Below are positions 61,182-62,786 of a DNA stretch of 62,786 bases, piece by piece. Location of the stretch: the IMG/VR virus record IMGVR_UViG_3300035429_000044, positions 1 to 62,786 of that record, one strand, 5' to 3'. Source of the stretch: a virus. The notes beneath the pieces were generated by a model. It was not told the origin of the DNA and did no database searches. It saw nothing but the letters and a program-made list of their open reading frames with translations. The position numbers were made by a program, and so were the translations under genes. The stretch's first letter is position 1; each line of letters begins with the position of its first letter.

Positions 61182-61556
61182 ATGGCGGAGGCCGCGCGGA
61201 TCTGCCGATTGAGGGAAACGCGTCTGCGCGATGGATTGCAGGGCTTGTATGTGCGTGAAAAACATTTGATTCTGTTGGATACGCGTTTGCGTGGCGTGCA
61301 GTTGTGCTGTGTGCTGGCGCATGAGATCAGTCATGCGCGGCATATGGACGCGGGCTGCCGCGTGGATAAATGGGTGGAGCGGCGCGCGGACCAGGAGGCG
61401 GCGCTCATGCTCATAGATCCGCTCGAATACGCCTACGCGGAGACCATCTACGAAGGCAATGCGGTGGGCATGGCACGCGAGCTCAACGTGCTCCCATGGG
61501 TCGTGCAGGCGTATCGCGAGCGCCTGCATGATGATCCGTATTTGGTGCTGCAGTAG
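61182..61556 (+). CDS. ImmA/IrrE-family metallopeptidase
   Basis: 124 aa with the HExxH motif (LAHEISHARH). It lies immediately upstream of the integrase. Confidence 0.8.
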   Translation: MAEAARICRLRETRLRDGLQGLYVREKHLILLDTRLRGVQLCCVLAHEISHARHMDAGCRVDKWVERRADQEAALMLIDPLEYAYAETIYEGNAVGMARELNVLPWVVQAYRERLHDDPYLVLQ

Positions 61557-61564
61557 GAGGCGTT

Positions 61565-62659
61565 ATGGCGAATATCACGGCGTATGAGACGGCTGCTGGC
61601 CGGCGTTGGGAGGTGCGCTACCGCAAGCCCAATGGGCGGAGTACGCGTAAGCGTGGGTTTGAGCGGCGTCGTGACGCTGAGGCGTGGATGGCGGAGCATG
61701 TGGTCACGGCGATCGCGACCAACTCGTATGTGGCGCCGTCTGCGGGCGCGATGACGGTGGGCATGCTGTGGGGTAAATATGTGGCTGCGCATGAGGGTGT
61801 GTGGAAGCCGTCGCATTTGCGCACTCAGGACAGTGCGTGGCGGGTGCATGTGGCTCCGGTGTTCGGCGAGCGCCGTATCGCGTCTATTGTGCCGAGTGAT
61901 GTGCAGGCGTGGGTGTCGTCGATGAGCTCGAATGGGGCGTCGGCGTCGACGGTGTTGCGTGCGTTTGGCGTGCTCAAGGGGATCATGGAGATGGCACAGC
62001 GGGATAGGCTTATCGCGCATGCGGATTGTGTCGAGCATATCCAGTTGCCACATAAGCCGTCTGGCAAGGAGGACCGGCATTATCTGACGCCCGAGCAATT
62101 GGTCGCGTTGGCGGCTGAGAGCGGCTCTCATGGGCTGCTGGTGCTCGTTTTGGGGTTGTGTGGCCTGCGGTGGGGTGAGGCGAGCGGTCTGCGCGCGCGT
62201 GACGTGGACGTGGATAAGGGCGTCCTGCATGTGCGTCGCACGATCACCAAGGTGGGCACGCGGTATGTGGAGGGTGTGCCGAAGAGTTGGGAGCGGCGTG
62301 ACGTGCCGGTGCCCGCGAGCCTCCTGCGCCGTCTGCAGGCGTCCCTCCCCCATGACCCTGACGCGCTGGTGTTTTGCGAGGCTGATGGGCATGCGTTGCG
62401 CCAGCAGTCGTCGTCTCCGGCGTGGGGCTGGTGGTCGCGCGCCCTGGAACGTGCGGGGCTGGAGCGCATGACATGCCATGACCTGCGGCATACGGCCGCG
62501 AGCATCGCGGTGAGCAGCGGGGCGAACGTGAAAGCGTTGCAGCGGATGCTGGGCCACAAGTCGGCCGCGATGACCTTGGACGTGTACGCGGATCTGTTCG
62601 ACGAGGATCTGCTCGGCGTGTCCACGCGCGTCGACGAGCGCGTCCAGAGCCTGCTCTGA
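61565..62659 (+). CDS. int: Tyrosine integrase (phage integrase family)
   Basis: 364 aa. It has an N-terminal SAM-like/arm-binding part and the motifs ..GLCGLRWGEASGLR.., HDLRHTAAS and LGHKSAAMTLDVYADL. It is adjacent to the att/tRNA. Confidence 0.95.
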   Translation: MANITAYETAAGRRWEVRYRKPNGRSTRKRGFERRRDAEAWMAEHVVTAIATNSYVAPSAGAMTVGMLWGKYVAAHEGVWKPSHLRTQDSAWRVHVAPVFGERRIASIVPSDVQAWVSSMSSNGASASTVLRAFGVLKGIMEMAQRDRLIAHADCVEHIQLPHKPSGKEDRHYLTPEQLVALAAESGSHGLLVLVLGLCGLRWGEASGLRARDVDVDKGVLHVRRTITKVGTRYVEGVPKSWERRDVPVPASLLRRLQASLPHDPDALVFCEADGHALRQQSSSPAWGWWSRALERAGLERMTCHDLRHTAASIAVSSGANVKALQRMLGHKSAAMTLDVYADLFDEDLLGVSTRVDERVQSLL

Positions 62660-62666
62660 TTTTTTT

Positions 62667-62688
62667 CGTGTCCAAACTGTGGCCAAAC
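62667..62688 (+). promoter_or_regulatory. Tandem 11-mers CGTGTCCAAAC TGTGGCCAAAC; putative integrase arm-type sites (proximal arm)
   Basis: It matches 165..186 at 20 of 22 positions, in the same orientation, on the opposite side of the att core. Confidence 0.5.
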
Positions 62689-62710
62689 GGCCCTGCGGCC
62701 TGAAATCGGG

Positions 62711-62750
62711 AAGACCGGAGAATGTTGGAATCTCAACGTTCTCCGGTCTT
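62711..62750. terminator. 12-bp hairpin between the integrase and the tRNA 3' end
   Basis: aagaccggagaa-N16-ttctccggtctt, followed by tgtcc. Confidence 0.65.
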
Positions 62751-62757
62751 TGTCCTC

Positions 62758-62786
62758 TGGTGCCCCCGGTGGGACTCGAACCCACA
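62758..62786 (-). tRNA. 3' portion of a tRNA gene (encoded CCA, acceptor and T-arm) continuing beyond the window; identity not determinable
   Basis: The minus strand reads ..TGTGGGTTCGAGTCCCACCGGGGGCACCA. The anticodon lies outside the window. Confidence 0.8.
62760..62786. repeat. att core repeat, integrase-proximal copy
   Basis: Identical to 1..27. Confidence 0.85.

Larger units (their letters stand above)
1..62786. mobile_element. Integrated temperate siphovirus-type prophage, apparently complete, inserted at the 3' end of a tRNA gene
   Basis: 27-nt identical direct repeats lie at both window ends. Integrase, ImmA and a CI/Cro switch sit at the right. Early replication/recombination genes, HNH-terminase-portal-capsid-tail-lysis modules and cargo genes sit at the left. 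Confidence 0.9.

Noticed and set aside
61448-62785. 445-aa minus-strand ORF covering the integrase locus
   Set aside because: It is an Arg/Pro/His-rich nonsense sequence antisense to an integrase with intact catalytic motifs.

Overview
The whole window is one integrated, complete-looking temperate siphovirus-type prophage. It is high-GC and Actinomycetota-like; the gene content reminds me of Bifidobacterium prophages, but that is a guess. The element is bounded by an identical 27-nt direct repeat (1..27 and 62760..62786), which is the 3' end of a minus-strand tRNA gene continuing beyond the right edge. From right to left the layout is as follows. (1) A + strand lysogeny operon: CI-like repressor, two cargo genes, ImmA/IrrE protease, tyrosine integrase. 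(2) A divergent Cro-like/Xis-like early operon on the minus strand. It carries two replication-type genes with internal iteron arrays, two SSB paralogues, RecT/YqaJ, RusA plus a second resolvase-like nuclease, dCTP deaminase, MazG and a DEDDh exonuclease. (3) A self-contained ~6 kb + strand island (35.0-41.0 kb) with its own consensus promoter, a long T-poor leader and a terminator. (4) A ~0.5 kb non-coding control region containing a 126-bp perfect purine/pyrimidine alternating tract and phased 12-bp repeats. (5) Two tRNA genes, then HNH, TerS, TerL, portal, MuF-like, scaffold, decoration and capsid genes, head-tail connectors, major tail protein, G/GT chaperones with a -1 frameshift, a tRNA-like element, a 1938-aa tape measure and tail tip/fibre genes. 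(6) A GH25-LysM endolysin and holin. (7) An orphan N6-adenine methyltransferase carrying internal simple repeats. (8) A second, integrase-distal + strand module: an acidic small protein, an Aca2/DUF1870-like HTH protein, a deleted paralogue of an island gene and a second small tyrosine recombinase. (9) A degenerate Nudix-like gene next to the distal att copy. All functional calls come from reading the translated ORFs by eye; no database search was run. Many long ORFs in the supplied track are antisense high-GC artefacts, and many true starts lie inside the listed ORFs. I placed those starts using RBS motifs and ATGA/GTGA coupling. The leads I consider most worth following are the cargo pair inside the lysogeny operon, the + strand island with its leader RNA, the alternating R/Y tract, the second recombinase module and the dual iteron arrays.
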